Assembly: GCF_006345805.1 (NCBI RefSeq) | Contig: NW_021833999.1 | Span: forward strand, 1 to 51,337 | Origin: Octopus sinensis | Taxonomy: Eukaryota | DNA length: 51,337 bases | Reading direction: 5' to 3' | Shown here: piece by piece, positions 47,765 to 51,337 of the stretch | Numbering within the stretch: position 1 is the stretch's first letter | How the letters are laid out: every line of letters begins with the position of its first letter | The notes under the pieces: generated by a model | The model's database searches: none | Told to the model about the DNA's origin: nothing | What the model saw: only the letters and a program-made list of their open reading frames with translations | Program-made: the position numbers and the translations under genes

Positions 47765-47802
<38 letters not shown>

Positions 47803-48100
47803 GCTAAAAATAAATAATCATATCATTGAAACCTAAAAACTACAAGATAATGCATGATTAATTCAAAGCAATGTGATTGAATAAGCATCCCATTTAACAG
47901 AGTAATCTGAATGCTGAAGGGTTAATCCCAATTACTTGAGTGGCCCTTCTCTGGCCCCCGAATGGTTTTGTGTGTTGTAACAGTACTGTCCCAAACATAG
48001 GAGCAGTTTCTTTATTATGAACCTCATTTGAGCCTTGTAGCATCGGTAAGTATTGAGGGCCAAAGCATTTTCTGGCCCTGTTACTGAGAGGTAATATTTA

Positions 48101-48510
48101 TTGCCACTTAAACATAGATGTTCTCTTAGAACAAACTATACTGCAATAAATATCACGAGAGAAACTCCCACATTGGATTTTGATACAAAATTCACTCTAG
48201 TTTATATTGCTAGTGAGGAGATAAGTCCTCACCATTTCCATCACCAAAACCACCAGTTCATGTGGTTTTGACCTTTCTTGGTCTTATCAACAATGGATAC
48301 ATGACTGCTAGAAATAGCAGCAACTTATCTTTCTGCCAGGGATATATATATATATCGGAAAAACTGCCAGAACAGGTGTTGGTTTTATCTTCCTGCTAGG
48401 GATATAAAAAGGAGTGCATTTTGCATCAAAGGCCAATATGTGAGTTTCTCTCGTGGTATCTTCCGCAGTATAGTTTGTTCCAACAGAACATCCACATTCA
48501 AGTGGGGATA
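48101..48510. mobile_element. MITE with ~95-bp imperfect TIRs
   Basis: GATGTTCTCTTAGAACAAACTATACTGC...CACGAGAGAAACTC vs GAGTTTCTCTCGTG...GCAGTATAGTTTGTTCCAACAGAACATC. Confidence 0.8.
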
Positions 48511-48957
48511 AATAATAAAAATATATCGCATGAGAATTTCTAGTGAAGAAGATAGAACATGTAACGCAAAACAGTCTGTGCTACATAACCATCCCCCACG
48601 AAAGACCCCCTCATCTCAAAAAAACAAGCAACAACATCCACCGGAAGAGAGGCTGATGTACTGGGATGCAATAGGTCGAATGTCATGCTCACATACTAAA
48701 AAGCTATTGGTCGTCTTACCCCTGACATTTTCATCATGATATACCCTTGTGAGGCTCAGCATTTGGGGCTATTGAGAGGGTTCTGGTTAAGGGCTGCTCA
48801 TATTCAGGAGGAGATGGCAGTGATGGTGGTGGTGGTGCAGTAATTGAGAAGAGAATAATATATATAAAATCCTTGTTCTTGTAGTTTATCATACTATGGT
48901 CTGAGGAGGGGTGGATTAGCATAATCTCGAGAGCATTGGACAAAATGCTTTGCTGTT

Positions 48958-50252
48958 AGCAAATTGGCTAATTAAGAAAATCTCCCATAGAGATGAAAGC
49001 AATTATTATACTAAGAAGTAATGCTTATTACCTATTTCTTTACTGCCCACAAGGGGCTAAACACAGAGAGGACAAACAAGGACAGACAGACGGATTAAGT
49101 CGATTATATTAACCCCAGTGCATAACTGGTACTTAATTTACCGTACTTAATAAGGTGGCGAACAAGATCAGTGGTATGGAGAATGGAAATAAGGTGGTGA
49201 GCTGGCAGAATCGTTAGCACACCGGGCGAAATGCTTTGCGGTACTTCGTCTGCCGTTACGTTCTGAGTTCAAATTCCGCCGAGGTCGACTTTGCCTTTCA
49301 TCCTTTCGGGGTCGATAAATTAAGTACCAGTTACGCACTGGGGTCGATGTAATCGACATAATACCTATGTCTGTCCTTGTTTGCCCCGTCTATGTTTAGC
49401 CCCTTGTGGGTAATAAAGAAATAGGTACTTAATTTACCGACCCCGAAAGGATGAAAGGCAAAGTCGACCTCGGTGGAATTTGAACTCACAACGTAACGGC
49501 AGACGAAATTACCGCTCAGCCATCTCGCCCAGCGTGCTAACGTTTCCGCCAGCTCGCCGCCTTAATGCTTATTACCACTTAAACATGACCGGTCCGTAGG
49601 AACCAACATTACTGCTATTTTTAACCCCAGGAAGACACCTCCTCCAGCTAGTTAGTCAATGTAATCTGCGCCTGACATATATTGCCAACAGGGGAGTGAA
49701 TCCCTACCGTCTTCCAGCCACGAGACCACCAGACTGTACGGTTTATTCCTCTTTGTTTGTTATCCTTGATGGTGGATATTCGTCCGCTAACGATAGCAGT
49801 AGTTCACTCCAGCTGGCAATATGCAGAAAACAAGGGACCTACAGTCACTGTCTTTGCAACAGGCAAATTAGCTGGTTAAGAAAATCTCTTATAGAGAGAT
49901 GGAAGCAATAACTACACCAAGAAGTAATGTTTATCGCCATTTAATCATGGCTGTTCCGTAGGAACCAACATGACTGCTATTTTAACCCCAGGAGAATGCT
50001 TCCTCCAACTGGTTATTCGATGCAATCTGCACCCGATATACATAGTAAGCAGGGGAGTATCCACCACTGAGGATGACTGTCTGGCGGTCTCGTGGTTGGA
50101 AGATGGTAGGGGGTTCACTCCCCTGGTTGCTATATATATTTGGTGCAGATTGCATTGAGTAACCAGCTGAAGGAGGCATCCTCCTGGGGTTAAAATAGCA
50201 GTAATGTCGGTTCCTATGGAACAGCCATGATTAAATGGTGATAAACATTACC
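48958..50252. repeat. ~360-bp unit in partial tandem plus an inverted partial copy (unclassified)
   Basis: GCAAATT(G/A)GCT..TTAAGAAAATCTC at 48959 and 49863; 49931-50058 is the reverse complement of ~50128-50252. Confidence 0.85.
49033..49562 (-). mobile_element. Family B SINE (14-bp TSD) containing a second, + strand family B copy (16-bp TSD)
   Basis: TAATGCTTATTACC at 49019 and 49563; GGTACTTAATTTACCG at 49128 and 49424. Confidence 0.9.
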
Positions 50253-50483
50253 TATTTCTTTACTACCCACAAGGGGCTAAACACAGAGGAGACAAAGAAG
50301 GACAGACAGACGGATTAAGTCGATTACATCGACCCCAGTGCGTAACTGGTACTTAATTTATCGACCCCGAAAGGATGAAAGGCAAAGTCGACCTCGAAGG
50401 AATTTGAACTCAGAACGTAACGGCAGCCGAAATAACGCTAGACATTTCGCCCGGCGTGCTAACGCTTCTGCCAGCTCGCCGCC
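50253..50483 (-). mobile_element. Family B SINE, full length, 14-bp TSD
   Basis: TGATAAACATTACC at 50239 and 50484. Confidence 0.93.
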
Positions 50484-50619
50484 TGATAAACATTACCGCT
50501 TTGCAGTTAGTTATTTGATTGCGGCTTTTTACATTCCAAATTCAAAACTTGTCAAGGTCAATTTTGAATTTCGTTGATGCAACCATTCACACCGCACACA
50601 CACACACATCAACACATAA

Positions 50620-51200
50620 ATTCTGGGTTTGGGCGACGGATTCTCGATGCGCAGTACCACATTTCCGTTGGCAGGTCTTCTAAACCGCTCGTCGTCATCC
50701 AGAGATTGTTCTTCAACTTTTGAAGCATCCGTGTAACTCGAAACATTGCATACGACCCATTTGCTTCGCTGCCGTAAAAGCTTGCCGAAATATACTCAAT
50801 GTCTCTGAAGCAGACTAGCGCAAAATCTCACGTTGGCTCTTTGTCCACGACAAAATCGCAGATTACAGAATACACACGATCACAAAACCCAGAAATTTCA
50901 CAACTTGCGAAGCAAACACAGCGATGTCATTCGGGACACCGTCTCATGAAGGTCACTGCTAGCTCTAACTGCGCACGCAACCGTGTGCTGCCATCGGTTG
51001 GCGCGCTACGGAACTAGTCCCGAGAACTTTTTTAATACAACTTTATAGACCTGAAGTAATCCCCCTGATTGTTAAGTCCATCTGAACGGTGTTTCAAAAC
51101 GGTTTTCGTCGACACAGTTTGTGCAACAAGCCAACTTTTCTTAATCCTGCAGTAAGACTCATTCGAAGACTTACGGATGATTCTTGTCCAAATTTCAAAA
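50620..51200. promoter_or_regulatory. CpG-rich unique region, probable promoter/5' exon(s) of an unidentified neighbouring gene (minus strand favoured)
   Basis: Abrupt CpG enrichment with no recognised repeat. On minus, TAA|GTATGA donor at ~51270 is followed by a U-rich tract and AG acceptors at ~51186 and ~51147. Confidence 0.5.
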
Positions 51201-51337
51201 AAAAACAAAACAACAAAAAAAACACGAAGAAGAAAGAAACTTCCCCTTTTAAGGGAAGTAACTCTCATACTTATTTAAAAGTTATTGTTCCTGAACGAAA
51301 CAAACGCGTCAATGACAGACTAGAATTGCATTACCAC

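Overview
AT-rich, repeat-dense eukaryotic genomic DNA. The repeat content suggests a coleoid cephalopod such as Octopus (inference, not proven). The only identifiable protein-coding gene is a + strand, four-exon SRSF1 (SF2/ASF) homologue at 2806/2836-14195, with RRM1, an SWQDLKD pseudo-RRM and a short RS tail. Its intron positions and phases match vertebrate SRSF1. It has no in-frame ATG in the window: GTG sits where a Met would be expected. Exon 2 carries a cluster of A-for-G differences from the metazoan consensus that A-to-I editing could revert. An ~8.5 kb SINE-free stretch with many + strand splice-like signals follows the stop codon, a candidate long 3' UTR or AS-NMD module. The rest is tRNA-derived SINEs, RTE- and CR1-type LINE ends, hAT/mariner/piggyBac-like MITEs, minisatellites and microsatellites. 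Most notably, several different small fold-back elements carry hammerhead-ribozyme cores of the minimal Penelope-like type. One is fully intact (40814-40895, minus), one pair lies head-to-head (47570-47660), one sits behind a tRNA-like Pol III head (38693-39315) and one is decayed inside SRSF1 intron 3. A CpG-rich region at 50.6-51.3 kb probably marks the 5' end of an unidentified neighbouring gene. All alignments and structures were worked out by eye, family names are provisional and many repeat boundaries are approximate.
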